From Alphaproteobacteria bacterium (GTDB taxonomy: Bacteria; Pseudomonadota; Alphaproteobacteria; SHVV01), in NCBI GenBank assembly GCA_965261735.1, contig OZ253470.1, forward strand, positions 832,001-896,000: a DNA stretch of 64,000 nt, in the 5' to 3' direction. The translations under genes were made by a program, and so were the position numbers. Below, in pieces: positions 43,264 through 53,626 of the stretch. Positions within the stretch are counted from its first letter, which is position 1. Each line of letters opens with the position of its first letter. A model generated the notes under the pieces. It made no database searches and had not been told where the DNA came from. It saw only the letters and a list, made by a program, of their open reading frames with translations.

Positions 43264-44031
43264 CTACAGCGCGATCGTCATGCCGCCGTCGACGACGATG
43301 ACCTGGCCGTTGATGAAGGCCGAGGCGGGCGCCGCGAGGAAGACGGCGATGCCCTCGAGGTCCTCGGGCCGGCCCCAGCGCGCCAGCGGCGTGCGCCCGC
43401 GGATGAGAGCGTCGAAGTCGGGATCGCTCTGCAACCCGACCGTCATGTCGGTGGCGAAGTAGCCCGGCGCGATAGCGTTGCAGGTGATGCCGTACGGGCC
43501 GCACTCGACCGCCAGCGTCTTGGTGAGGCCGGCCAGGGCATGCTTGGCCGCGACGTAGGGCGCGATCTGGTCGCGCGCGATGAACGACATGATGGAGGCC
43601 ATGTTGATGATGCGCCCATGCCCTTGAGCCCGCATTATCTTTACGGCCTCGCGCGCGAGGTAGAAGCAAGCCGTCAGGTCGATATCCATCACGCGCCGCC
43701 AATCCGCCGTCGGGTAGTCCGCGAAATCGTGGCGTACCGCGAAGCCCGCATTGTTGACGAGGATGTCGAGGCGGCCGAACTCATCGGCGATGGCGGCGAC
43801 GGCGGCCACCGCCGCCGCCTCATCGCCCACGTCGAACGGCCTGGCCGAGAGCGCAAGGCCCTCGCCCGCCATGGCCTCGGCAGTGGCGCGTAGGGACTCG
43901 GCGTCGCGGCCGTTGAGCACCACGTGAGCGCCGGCCCGCGCCAACGCGCCGGCAATCGCGCGCCCGAGCCCGCGCGAGGAGCCGGTGACCAGCGCCACCT
44001 GGCCCGCGAGTGAAAACAGATCATAGGCCAT
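43264..44031 (-). CDS. SDR oxidoreductase (gluconate 5-dehydrogenase-like)
   Basis: TGSSRGLG, NNAG, YVAAK, NAIAPGYF. Confidence 0.9.
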   Translation of the reverse strand: MAYDLFSLAGQVALVTGSSRGLGRAIAGALARAGAHVVLNGRDAESLRATAEAMAGEGLALSARPFDVGDEAAAVAAVAAIADEFGRLDILVNNAGFAVRHDFADYPTADWRRVMDIDLTACFYLAREAVKIMRAQGHGRIINMASIMSFIARDQIAPYVAAKHALAGLTKTLAVECGPYGITCNAIAPGYFATDMTVGLQSDPDFDALIRGRTPLARWGRPEDLEGIAVFLAAPASAFINGQVIVVDGGMTIAL

Positions 44032-44299
44032 CGCCTGACCTTCCCTCCGGTCGCGGCGGTATTATTCCGGACCCTACCGGAACCGTGAAGCGCTTGCGCA
44101 GACGAAGATTAGACGGAGAGCGGTGCGAAATCAGTCCCGTTCCGTCGGGAAACGCATAACTTGTGGGGCTTGGACCGATCCCGGTGGTCCTCGCGAGGCC
44201 CTTGTCGAACGCCGCCGAAAGCGTCACAAAACTTTACACCTCCGGGGAAAGTTGCCTTGCGGCCGAAACCCAGAGAGATTACAGGAGGCGGCCGTTCCC

Positions 44300-44557
44300 A
44301 TCATCACGCATACCGGTAACGCGGATCCCACGACGGAGGACGGGATCGAGCGGGTGAGCAACTTCGCCGGCATGCCGACAAGCGTTACGCGGGTGGCATT
44401 TGGGGCCGGGCAATCCACCCGCACGGGCCACGGCAACTACAATCTGGTGAGCTTCGATGCCGCCCTTCCCGTCCCCGAGCCCGCCACGCTCGCGCTGTTC
44501 GGCCTAGGCCTCGCGGGGTTGCGGCTCCTGATGCGACGGCGCCGGCGGCTCGGCTAG
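44300..44557 (+). pseudogene. PEP-CTERM protein remnant
   Basis: VPEPATLALFGLGLAGLRLLMRRRRR; AGGAGG at about 44284 is not followed by a start codon or signal peptide. Confidence 0.75.
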
Positions 44558-44660
44558 CGGCCAGGCGCACCCGCGACGACCGCTTCACGTAAGGTCCGTT
44601 CCGCGGCGCACTCCCCTTTTCCTAAACCGGTAAGCGAACTATCGTAGGCCCACTCGGGGG

Positions 44661-46064
44661 GTGGGGCGCGTGATGCCGGACTTGGCTACAAGACTGCGCC
44701 GCGTGGCAATGACGGCGGCGGTGATGTCGCTGCCCGCACTGGTGGTGCTGGCCGGCCTCGTCGCGTTCGACTTTATCGGCGTGGTTCCGGCGCTCGCCGC
44801 CCTCGTCATTATCGCCGTTGGCGGCGCCCTCGTCGCCGCGCCCTACTTGTCCGAGCTTTGGCGGCTCGCCCGCTTCGCCGGCCGCGAGGCGCCCGGGGAC
44901 GCGCCCGCGCCGATCACGCGCTATCCCGAGACCACCGACATCGCGGTCGCGCTGGCACGACAGGCGAGGTCGTGGACCGGGCACGCGGAACAGGCGGCGG
45001 CGCAGGCGCGGGCCGCCGCGGAGGTGCTCGATTCGCTACCCGACCCGATCGTTCTCATCAGCCGGGAGCGCCGCATGACCCGCACCAATCGGGCGGCGCG
45101 CGATTTGCTCGGACAGGATCTCGAGGGCCAGGACCTGTCGATGGCGCTGCGCCACCCCTCACTCCTGGATGCCGCCGACGCCCTCCTCGAAGGCGGCGGC
45201 GGCGCCAACGTCGAGTTCACGCTGCCGGGCACGGTGGCGCGCGAATTCATCGGCCGGCTGCTACCGCTGGCGGGGCCCGTGGGCGGCGACGCGGCCGCCA
45301 TGCTCGCGCTCTACGATCTGACGCTCGCCAAGCGCACCGAGCAGATGCGCGCCGACTTCATCGCCAACGTGAGTCACGAGCTGCGCACCCCGCTCGCGAG
45401 CCTGACCGGATTCGTCGAGACCTTGCAGGGCGCCGCGCGCGACGACGCCGAGGCGCGGGAGCGGTTTCTCGCCATCATGCACGAGCAGGCGGCGCGCATG
45501 GGCCGGCTCGTCGAGGACCTGCTGTCGCTCTCGCGCATCGAGCTCAGCGAGTCGCTGCCGCTCGAGCAGCGCGTCGATCTCAACCGCCTGCTCGCCGACC
45601 TCGCCGCCGCGATGGAGCCCCAGGCCAAGGCAAGGGACATGGCGGTTACGCTGGCCGAGGAGGTGGCGCCGGTCGAGGTCACGGGCGACGCCGACCAGCT
45701 CTCCCAGGTGTTTCAGAACCTTCTCGACAACGCCCTGAAATACGGCCGCGAGGGGACCTCGGTCGACATCAGGGTCACGCGCCGCAATGGCGAGGCGGAT
45801 CGTCCGACGCCGGCCGGCACGGTGGCGGTCGCGGTCACCGACCACGGCCAGGGCATCGCCCGCAAGCACCTGCCGCGCCTCACCGAGCGCTTCTACCGGG
45901 TCGACGCCGCGCGCTCGCGCGCCCTTGGCGGCACCGGACTCGGGCTCGCCATCGTCAAGCACTCGCTCAACCGCCACCGCGGCGAGCTCGTCATCGATAG
46001 TGCCGAGGGTGCGGGCAGCACCTTTACGGTCGTCCTCCCCTTGGCGCCGCCCGCGGTGTCATAA
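44661..46064 (+). CDS. phoR: Phosphate regulon sensor kinase
   Basis: DFIANVSHELRTPL, RLTERFYRVD..GGTGLGLAIVKH; upstream of the pst operon. Confidence 0.9.
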   Translation: MGRVMPDLATRLRRVAMTAAVMSLPALVVLAGLVAFDFIGVVPALAALVIIAVGGALVAAPYLSELWRLARFAGREAPGDAPAPITRYPETTDIAVALARQARSWTGHAEQAAAQARAAAEVLDSLPDPIVLISRERRMTRTNRAARDLLGQDLEGQDLSMALRHPSLLDAADALLEGGGGANVEFTLPGTVAREFIGRLLPLAGPVGGDAAAMLALYDLTLAKRTEQMRADFIANVSHELRTPLASLTGFVETLQGAARDDAEARERFLAIMHEQAARMGRLVEDLLSLSRIELSESLPLEQRVDLNRLLADLAAAMEPQAKARDMAVTLAEEVAPVEVTGDADQLSQVFQNLLDNALKYGREGTSVDIRVTRRNGEADRPTPAGTVAVAVTDHGQGIARKHLPRLTERFYRVDAARSRALGGTGLGLAIVKHSLNRHRGELVIDSAEGAGSTFTVVLPLAPPAVS

Positions 46065-46073
46065 AAGAGTCAC
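46056..46073 (+). promoter_or_regulatory. Pho box
   Basis: GTGTCAT-AAAA-GAGTCAC, 11-bp periodic direct repeat upstream of pstS. Confidence 0.75.
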
Positions 46074-46134
46074 GGACCCGCTTTAGTCTGCCCTGGCGTC
46101 GGCCGTCGGCGCCATACCCGGGGAGACCATTTCC

Positions 46135-47169
46135 GTGAACTCAAGAACCGTCGTCCTCGTTGCTCTGTTCGCGGCCCTCCTCGCCGGCCCCGCGGCGGCC
46201 CGTGACCAGATCCGCATTGTCGGCTCCTCAACCCTTTATCCCTTCGTCACGGCCGTCGCCGAACAGTTCGGCAAGACCAGCCGCTTCAAGACCCCGATCG
46301 TGGAGAGCACCGGCACTGGCGGCGGCCTCAAGTTGTTCTGCGGCGGCGTCGGCGTGCGGCATGCCGATATCGCCAACGCCTCGCGCCGCATCAAGAGGAG
46401 CGAGGTTGCGGCCTGCGCAAAGCGCGGCGTCGATGCGATCACCGAGCTGCAAATCGGCTTCGACGGCATCGTCCTCGCCAACTCCCGGACCGCGCCACAG
46501 CTCGCGCTGACGCTGGCGCAGCTGTTCCTCGCGCTCGCCAAGGACGTGCCCAGCGAGGGCGCGCTCATCGCCAATCCCTACCGCAGGTGGAGCGACATCG
46601 ACCCCTCGCTGCCCGACGTGAAGATCGAGGTGCTGGGGCCGCCGCCGACGTCGGGCACCCGCGATGCCTTCGTCGAGCTCGCCATGGCCGGCGGCGCCGC
46701 GCACATCCCCGACCTCGCCGCTCTCGCCAAAAAGGACAAGACGGCCTTTCAAGCGATCGCCCACGCGATCCGCGAGGACGGCGCTTATGTCGAGGCCGGC
46801 GAGAACGACAACCTGATCGTGCAGAAGCTGGGCGCCAACGGGGATGCGTTCGGCATCTTCGGCTTCAGCTTCCTCGACCAGAACGGCGATCGCCTGCGAG
46901 GTAGCCTGATCGACGGCGTCGAACCGACCTTCGAGGCGATCGCCGAGGGGCGCTATCCGATATCGCGGGCGCTCTACGTGTACGTCAAGAGCGCCCACGT
47001 CGGGGTCGTTCCCGGGATCGAGGACTTCCTCGCCGAACTCGCCAGCGAGGGCGCGAGCGGCGAAGACGGGTACCTCTCGGACAAGGGTCTCATCCCGCTG
47101 GCCGATGGCGAGCGGGCGCGCATGCGGGCCGCCGCGGTCGGCCTGGCGCCGCTGGTCCTTGAGCCGTAG
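46135..47169 (+). CDS. pstS: Phosphate-binding protein
   Basis: IVGSSTLYPF, ESTGTGGG, GPPPTSGTRDAF. Confidence 0.93.
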   Translation: MNSRTVVLVALFAALLAGPAAARDQIRIVGSSTLYPFVTAVAEQFGKTSRFKTPIVESTGTGGGLKLFCGGVGVRHADIANASRRIKRSEVAACAKRGVDAITELQIGFDGIVLANSRTAPQLALTLAQLFLALAKDVPSEGALIANPYRRWSDIDPSLPDVKIEVLGPPPTSGTRDAFVELAMAGGAAHIPDLAALAKKDKTAFQAIAHAIREDGAYVEAGENDNLIVQKLGANGDAFGIFGFSFLDQNGDRLRGSLIDGVEPTFEAIAEGRYPISRALYVYVKSAHVGVVPGIEDFLAELASEGASGEDGYLSDKGLIPLADGERARMRAAAVGLAPLVLEP

Positions 47170-47211
47170 GCGCATGCGCCGGCCCCCCGCGGCGCAGCGG
47201 ACGCCGCGGCG

Positions 47212-48594
47212 ATGAGCTTCGCCGCCATCGCTACCGCGCTGCTCGTCCTCGCGGGCGCCGGTTACGTCGCCGGGCGGCGCCACGCGGTCGCCTCCGCCGC
47301 CGCGCTCGACCAGCGGCTACCCTCGCTCGCGCGCCACTACGGCTATTGGCTCGCGCTGTGGGTCGCACTACCGAGCTTCGCGGTTCTCGCGCTGTGGCTC
47401 ATCGCCGGGCCGCGCCTCATCGACTGGCTCGTTCTCGCCGGCCTGCCCCCGGCGCTCGCCGAGTTACCACCGGAGCGCCTGGCCCTGCTGATGGGCGAGA
47501 TCAAAGCTTTGGCCGCCGGGCAGGTGGTGGCGGGAGCGGTGGACACCGCCGTGCGCGAGGCCGCTGGGCACTATGCGGGCCTACGGCGGACGACCGGCGG
47601 CGTCATCAGCGCCCTCGCACTGGCCATGGCCGTGGCGGCGCTCGTGTGGGCGCGCCGCCACATCACGCCGGCCCTACGGGCCCGCCATCAGGTCGAGGCG
47701 ATCCTGCGCTACGCCCTCCTTGCCTGCTCGGTCATCGCGGTCCTCGTCACCCTCGGCATCGTGCTCTCGCTCCTCTTCGAGGCCGTGCGCTTCTTCCGGC
47801 TGGTGCCGCTCGACGATTTCCTGTTTGGCCTGACCTGGAGCCCCCAGACCGCGATACGAGCCGATCAGGTGGCGAGCGCCGGCGCCTTCGGCGCGATACC
47901 CGTGTTCACGGGCACGCTGCTGATCACCTTCATCGCCATGCTCGTGGCAGTACCGATCGGGCTGTTTTCGGCGATCTACATGGTCGAGTACGCCTCACCC
48001 CGGGTGCGCGCGATCGCCAAGCCTGTGATCGAAATCCTCGCCGGCGTGCCGACCGTGGCCTACGGCGCCTTGGCCGCCCTTACGGTCGCCCCCGCCCTGC
48101 GCGACCTCGGCCGCGCCCTCGGCCTCGACGTCGCCTCGGAGAGCGCGCTCGCCACGGGCGTGGTGATGGGCGTCATGATCATTCCCTTCATGTCGTCGCT
48201 CTCTGACGACGTGATGAATGCGGTGCCGCAATCCTTGCGGGACGGCGCGCTGGCGCTGGGCGCGACGCGGTCCGAGACGGTTCGCCAGGTGATTATTCCG
48301 GCCGCGCTGCCCGGCATCATGGGCGCCTTTCTGTTGTCGATATCGCGCGCCATCGGCGAGACGATGATCGTGGTGATGGCGGCTGGGCTCGCGGCTCGCC
48401 TCACGGCCAACCCGCTCGAGGCGGTGACCACGGTGACCGTGCAGATCGTGACGCTGCTCGTCGGCGACCAGGAGTTCGACAGCGCCAAGACACTGGCCGC
48501 ATTCGCCCTTGGGCTAGCGTTGTTCATCCTCACCCTCGGGCTCAATGTCGTCGCCCTGATGATCGTCAACCGCTACCGCGAGAAGTACGAATGA
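47212..48594 (+). CDS. pstC: Phosphate ABC permease
   Basis: WSPQTAIRADQV, SRAIGETMIV, GDQEFDS. Confidence 0.93.
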   Translation: MSFAAIATALLVLAGAGYVAGRRHAVASAAALDQRLPSLARHYGYWLALWVALPSFAVLALWLIAGPRLIDWLVLAGLPPALAELPPERLALLMGEIKALAAGQVVAGAVDTAVREAAGHYAGLRRTTGGVISALALAMAVAALVWARRHITPALRARHQVEAILRYALLACSVIAVLVTLGIVLSLLFEAVRFFRLVPLDDFLFGLTWSPQTAIRADQVASAGAFGAIPVFTGTLLITFIAMLVAVPIGLFSAIYMVEYASPRVRAIAKPVIEILAGVPTVAYGALAALTVAPALRDLGRALGLDVASESALATGVVMGVMIIPFMSSLSDDVMNAVPQSLRDGALALGATRSETVRQVIIPAALPGIMGAFLLSISRAIGETMIVVMAAGLAARLTANPLEAVTTVTVQIVTLLVGDQEFDSAKTLAAFALGLALFILTLGLNVVALMIVNRYREKYE

Positions 48595-48601
48595 GCGCCC
48601 C

Positions 48602-49924
48602 ATGACGGTGCGCGCCGACACGGGCTCCGCCGCGGCCGCCTCCCTTTCCGATCATCGCTCGGATGCGGCGCGCGCCCGCCTGCGCCGGCGCCACGCCGCC
48701 GAGCGGCGCTTTCGCCTCTACGGCCTGGCCGCTCTGCTCGCGGCCCTGTCCGCTCTCGCATTCCTCTTCGTCAACGTCGCCGTCCACGGCTACACGGCGT
48801 TCCTCGCAACCGAGATCCGCCTTTCCGTCGAGCTCGCCCCGGAAGTCATCGACCCCGACGGCGCGCGCGATGCGGAAACGCTCGCGCGCGCCAACTACCG
48901 TCGTGTGGTGCACGATGCGCTGAGGGCCCGCTTCCCGGAGGTATCAGGCCGCGCGCCGCGCCGGGCGCTAGCGCGCCTGGTGAGCTCGGGCGCCGACCTC
49001 GCGGTCCGCGACGCGGTGCTGGCGAACCCCGACCTCATCGGCACCACGGTCGAATTTTGGGTGCCTGCGGACGACGACATCGACATGCTCCAGAAAGGCC
49101 GCATCGACCGCGACGCGCCGGAATCGGAGCGCCGCGTGAACGACCGCGCCCTCGCCTGGGTTGATTCGCTCGATGCCGGCGGCGACATCCGAACCTCCTT
49201 TAACACCCGCTTCCTCACCGCGGGCGACTCGCGCGAGCCCGAGCTCGCCGGCATCCGCGGGGCGCTCACCGGTTCGCTCCTGACCCTTTTCGTGACCCTG
49301 TTGATCTCATTCCCGATCGCCGTAGGGGCGGCGGTCTACCTCGAGGAGTTTGCGCCGCGCAACCGCTGGACCACCCTCATTGAGGTCAATATCAACAATC
49401 TCGCGGCCGTACCCTCGATCGTCTTCGGGCTGCTCGGGCTGGCGGTGTTCCTCAATGTGTTCGGGCTGCCGCGCTCGGCCCCCCTCGTCGGTGGCATGAC
49501 GCTGGCGCTGATGACGCTGCCGACGATCATCATCGCCGGGCGCGCGGCACTGCTCGCGGTGCCGCCTTCGATTCGCGAGGCGGCGCTGGGCATTGGCGCC
49601 TCGCCCATGCAGGTGGTTGCGCACCACGTGCTGCCGCTGGCGATGCCCGGCATCCTCACCGGTACCATCATCGGCCTCGCCCGCGCGCTCGGCGAAACGG
49701 CACCACTCCTCATGATCGGCATGGTCGCGTTCATCGTCGACGTCCCGCACAGCCTGACCGACCCGGCGACCGTGCTGCCGGTTCAAATCTACCTGTGGGC
49801 CGACAGCCCCGAACGGGGCTTTCTCGAGAAGACATGGGCGGCGATACTGGTGCTGCTGGTCTTTCTCGTCGCCATGAACGCACTCGCGGTGGTGCTGCGC
49901 CGCCGCTTCGAGCGACGCTGGTAG
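48602..49924 (+). CDS. pstA: Phosphate ABC permease
   Basis: [24 protein letters not shown]. Confidence 0.93.
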   Translation: MTVRADTGSAAAASLSDHRSDAARARLRRRHAAERRFRLYGLAALLAALSALAFLFVNVAVHGYTAFLATEIRLSVELAPEVIDPDGARDAETLARANYRRVVHDALRARFPEVSGRAPRRALARLVSSGADLAVRDAVLANPDLIGTTVEFWVPADDDIDMLQKGRIDRDAPESERRVNDRALAWVDSLDAGGDIRTSFNTRFLTAGDSREPELAGIRGALTGSLLTLFVTLLISFPIAVGAAVYLEEFAPRNRWTTLIEVNINNLAAVPSIVFGLLGLAVFLNVFGLPRSAPLVGGMTLALMTLPTIIIAGRAALLAVPPSIREAALGIGASPMQVVAHHVLPLAMPGILTGTIIGLARALGETAPLLMIGMVAFIVDVPHSLTDPATVLPVQIYLWADSPERGFLEKTWAAILVLLVFLVAMNALAVVLRRRFERRW

Positions 49925-49935
49925 GGGTGAGGGCG

Positions 49936-50745
49936 ATGGCGCCCATCGGATCGCACGGCGACACCGCCGCCCAGACGCCGGCCAACGGAGCGCCCAAGAT
50001 GGCGGTCGAGCGGCTCAACGTCTTCTACGGCGACATTCAGGCACTCGTGGACGTTACGCTGGACATTGGCCGCAACCAGGTGATCGCGTTGATCGGACCG
50101 TCGGGCTGCGGCAAGTCGACCTTCCTGCGCTGCCTCAATCGGATGAACGACACCATACCGAACTGCCACATCGAGGGTCGGGTGACGCTGGACGGCGAGA
50201 ACATCTATGCCGGATCGGTCGACGTCGTACAGCTCAGGGCCCGCGTCGGCATGGTGTTTCAGAAACCCAACCCCTTCCCGAAATCCATTTACGACAACGT
50301 CGCCTACGGGCCGCGCATCCACGGCCTCGCCGAGAGCCGCGAGGCGCTCGACGAAATCGTGGCCACGAGCCTCGAGAAGGCGGGCCTGTGGACCGAGGTT
50401 CGCGACCGACTGAGCGAGCCCGGCACCAACGTCTCGGGCGGCCAGCAACAGCGCCTGTGCATCGCCCGCGCCATCGCCGTCAATCCCGACGTAATTCTCA
50501 TGGACGAGCCGTGCTCGGCGCTCGACCCGATCGCGACTGCGCGCATCGAGGAGTTAATGGACGAGCTGAAGGTCAATTACACGATCGTCATCGTCACACA
50601 CTCGATGCAGCAGGCGGCGCGCGTGTCCCAGCGCGCTGCGTTCTTCCATCTCGGCGAACTCGTCGAACAGGACGACACCACAAAACTGTTCACCGCGCCG
50701 ACGGACGAGCGTACCAAGGGATACATTACAGGCCGTTTCGGCTGA
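49936..50745 (+). CDS. pstB: Phosphate ABC ATPase
   Basis: [33 protein letters not shown]. Confidence 0.95.
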   Translation: MAPIGSHGDTAAQTPANGAPKMAVERLNVFYGDIQALVDVTLDIGRNQVIALIGPSGCGKSTFLRCLNRMNDTIPNCHIEGRVTLDGENIYAGSVDVVQLRARVGMVFQKPNPFPKSIYDNVAYGPRIHGLAESREALDEIVATSLEKAGLWTEVRDRLSEPGTNVSGGQQQRLCIARAIAVNPDVILMDEPCSALDPIATARIEELMDELKVNYTIVIVTHSMQQAARVSQRAAFFHLGELVEQDDTTKLFTAPTDERTKGYITGRFG

Positions 50746-50769
50746 TGCGAGCGAGGTAAGGGCGGCGCC

Positions 50770-51510
50770 ATGGACCGCGGACACATCGTCAAGTCGTTCG
50801 ACGACGAGATCGACGCCCTGCGCAGTCGCATCGTGGAAATGGGCGGTTTCGCTGAGGCCCAGCTCGCCGCTGCGCTCGACGCGATGGCCCGGCGCGACCC
50901 CGACCTCGCGGCCCGTGTGGTCGCCGAGGACGCCAAGGTCGACGCCATCGAGCGGGAGGTCGACGAGACCGCCGTCGAGCTCCTGGCCTTGCGTCAGCCG
51001 ATGGCCGACGACCTGCGCGAAGTGTTGTCCGCGCTCAAGATTTCCGGCGTGCTCGAGCGCATCGCCGACTATGCCGCCAACGTCGCCAAGCGGGTCGGCG
51101 CGCTCAGCCAGGTGCCACCGGTAGCGCCGGGGCGTTCGATTCCCCGCATGGGCCGGCTCGTCGGGCAGATGATCAAGGACGTGCTCGACGCCTACATCCA
51201 GCGCGACGCCGACAAGGCCGTCGCCGTGTGGCACCGCGACGCCGAGGTCGATCAGTTCTACGACAGCCTGTTCCGCGAGCTGCTGACCTACATGATGGAG
51301 GATCCGCGCAACATCACGCCGTGCACCCACCTGCTCTTCGTCGCCAAGAACATCGAGCGCATGGGCGACCACACGACCAACATCGCCGAGATGATCCATT
51401 TCCTCGTCCACGGCCGACCACTCACGGAAGAGCGGCCCAAGGCCGATACCACGGCCTCCGCTGTGCTCGAGCCGCCGGGGTCGCGCGCCGGCGACGAGGC
51501 GGAGGGGTGA
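50770..51510 (+). CDS. phoU: Phosphate signalling protein PhoU
   Basis: LRQPMADDLR, ERIADYA, ERMGDH. Confidence 0.95.
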   Translation: MDRGHIVKSFDDEIDALRSRIVEMGGFAEAQLAAALDAMARRDPDLAARVVAEDAKVDAIEREVDETAVELLALRQPMADDLREVLSALKISGVLERIADYAANVAKRVGALSQVPPVAPGRSIPRMGRLVGQMIKDVLDAYIQRDADKAVAVWHRDAEVDQFYDSLFRELLTYMMEDPRNITPCTHLLFVAKNIERMGDHTTNIAEMIHFLVHGRPLTEERPKADTTASAVLEPPGSRAGDEAEG

Positions 51511-52199
51511 AGCCGCTGATCCTCGTCGCCGAGGACGAGGCCGCGCTCGCCGAGATGTTGCGCTACAACCTCGAGGGCGCGGGCTTTCGCGTCGCCGAGG
51601 CGGGCGATGGCGAACAGGTGCTGCTCGCCGTGGCCGAGGAGCAACCCGACCTCATTCTGCTCGACTGGATGCTGCCGCGCGTCTCAGGCATCGAGATCTG
51701 CCGCCGGCTGCGACGGCGCGATGAGACGCGCGACGTGCCGATCCTCATGGTGACGGCGCGGGCCGAGGAGCGCGACCGCGTGCGCGGGCTGGAAACCGGC
51801 GCCGATGACTACATCACCAAGCCGTTCTCGCCCAGCGAGCTGCTCGCCCGGGTGCGCGCCGTGCTGCGCCGCAGCCGCCCGGCGCTCGGTGCGAGCGCGC
51901 TGGCGCACGGCGATTTGGTCATGGACCTCGAGCGTCACCGCGTGGCGCGCGCACGCCGCGAGGTCAGGCTCGGCCCGACGGAGTTCCGCCTGTTGCGCCA
52001 TCTGCTCGAGAGCCCGGGCCGGGTTTATTCGCGCGGCCAGCTGCTCGATGCCGTGTGGGGGCGCGATGCCGATGTCGAGGAGCGCACCGTCGACGTCCAA
52101 GTCCGCAGGCTGCGCCGGGCTCTGAACGAGGGCGGCGAGGCGGACCTCATCCGCACGGTGCGCGGTACGGGCTACGCGCTCGCGCCCGCCTCCGCTTGA
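51507..52199 (+). CDS. phoB: Phosphate regulon response regulator
   Basis: LLDWMLP, GADDYITKPFS, LGPTEFRLL, RTVDV. Confidence 0.93.
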   Translation: MKPLILVAEDEAALAEMLRYNLEGAGFRVAEAGDGEQVLLAVAEEQPDLILLDWMLPRVSGIEICRRLRRRDETRDVPILMVTARAEERDRVRGLETGADDYITKPFSPSELLARVRAVLRRSRPALGASALAHGDLVMDLERHRVARARREVRLGPTEFRLLRHLLESPGRVYSRGQLLDAVWGRDADVEERTVDVQVRRLRRALNEGGEADLIRTVRGTGYALAPASA

Positions 52200-52212
52200 C
52201 TCGGGCGAACGA

Positions 52213-53475
52213 CTAGGCCCACCGCGTCGCGTCCTCGCTCGGCCGGGCATCGGCGGCGCGGCGATGGTAGAGCACCGCGATGATCAGCAGGCACGAGATG
52301 AAGCCGAAGGCGGCGCGATAGGCGCCCTCCGGCACGCGCCCCTCGATCGTCGGGAACGCGCCGATGATCACGCCCGTCGCGAGCTGCATGAGCGCCGAGC
52401 CGCCGAACGCGGCGAGAGCCATCATCACCATGCCGCGGCCGACGAGACGGTCCGGAAAGATCGCCCGCGCATGGGCGAGGTTGACGACGCCGAGCGCCCC
52501 CAGGCACCCGAGCGCGCCGAACAGCACGGTGGCCTGCCACACGGCGAGCCCTTGGACGAGCGCGAGGATCGCGTGGACGCCCGCGGCCGCAGTCGCCGCC
52601 ACGGTGACGATGCGCCTGCGGGTGTCGAGGAGGCGGTCGAGGGGGCCGATGCCCAAGCTGCCCGCCGCCATGGCCAGCGTCATGACCAGCAGCACGTTGC
52701 CGCGGGCGACCGCGTCGAGCCCATGGACGTCGTACAGGTAGGGCGCGCCCCACAGGCCGAGCACGGTGATCACCATGCCGTAGGCGACGGAGTTCATAGC
52801 GAAAAGGTAAGGGAGTTGTGGCGTGGCGATCGCCTCGCGTACACCGCGCAGGTTGGCGGCGAGGGTCTCGGGGGCACGCACGTGGTAGTCGTGGCCGGGG
52901 GGCGCATCGCGCACCAGGGCGTAGACGAGAACGGCCACCAACCCGGCGACAATGGTCACGGCGCCAATCGAGGGGCGCCAGCCCACTGCCTCGGCCATCG
53001 CCGCCAATGGCGCCGTCGCCGTCAGGTTGCCGGCCGCCCCGAGGGCGAGAAACAGCGAGACGGCGGTGGCGTAGCGATCGCCGGGCACCCAGCGCGCGAG
53101 CACGACCAGCGCGCCCATGAAGGCGACCGCCCAACCCGCTCCCATGAAGACACGGCCGACGGTGAGGCCGACCGCGGACTCGGCGGTCGCAAAGAGCGCC
53201 GAACCGACGATGGCGATGGCGATGAAGCCGGGCACGGTGCGGCGCGGGCCGAAGCGGTCCAAGGCCACGCCGACGGGGATCTGGATCAGGGCAAAGGCGA
53301 AGAAGAACGCTGAGGCGAGCACGCTCAGGCCCTCGACCGAGATGTCGAGCTCGCGGATCAGGTCAGGCGCGATGACGGCGTGGCTGATGCGAAAGAACTC
53401 GCTGAGGAAATAGGCCGCCGCGAGCGGCCCGCAGACGACCGCCACGGCCAGCGTTCGGGAGCGCGGACCACTCAC
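52213..53475 (-). CDS. MFS transporter
   Basis: About 12 hydrophobic segments; GVALDRFGPRR motif A. Confidence 0.88.
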   Translation of the reverse strand: MSGPRSRTLAVAVVCGPLAAAYFLSEFFRISHAVIAPDLIRELDISVEGLSVLASAFFFAFALIQIPVGVALDRFGPRRTVPGFIAIAIVGSALFATAESAVGLTVGRVFMGAGWAVAFMGALVVLARWVPGDRYATAVSLFLALGAAGNLTATAPLAAMAEAVGWRPSIGAVTIVAGLVAVLVYALVRDAPPGHDYHVRAPETLAANLRGVREAIATPQLPYLFAMNSVAYGMVITVLGLWGAPYLYDVHGLDAVARGNVLLVMTLAMAAGSLGIGPLDRLLDTRRRIVTVAATAAAGVHAILALVQGLAVWQATVLFGALGCLGALGVVNLAHARAIFPDRLVGRGMVMMALAAFGGSALMQLATGVIIGAFPTIEGRVPEGAYRAAFGFISCLLIIAVLYHRRAADARPSEDATRWA

Positions 53476-53626
53476 CGGTCTAGCGCCCGAGCCGGGTCGG
53501 GGGGTCGCCGCTCCCCCGTTGCGCCACCCCGGCACCGGTACGGTAAGCAAACTGCAACCAGTTGCCCGCACAATCGTTGCGGCGCGGGCCTGCCGGCGAG
53601 GCCCCCCTGGGAGCGGTGTTGACGCC

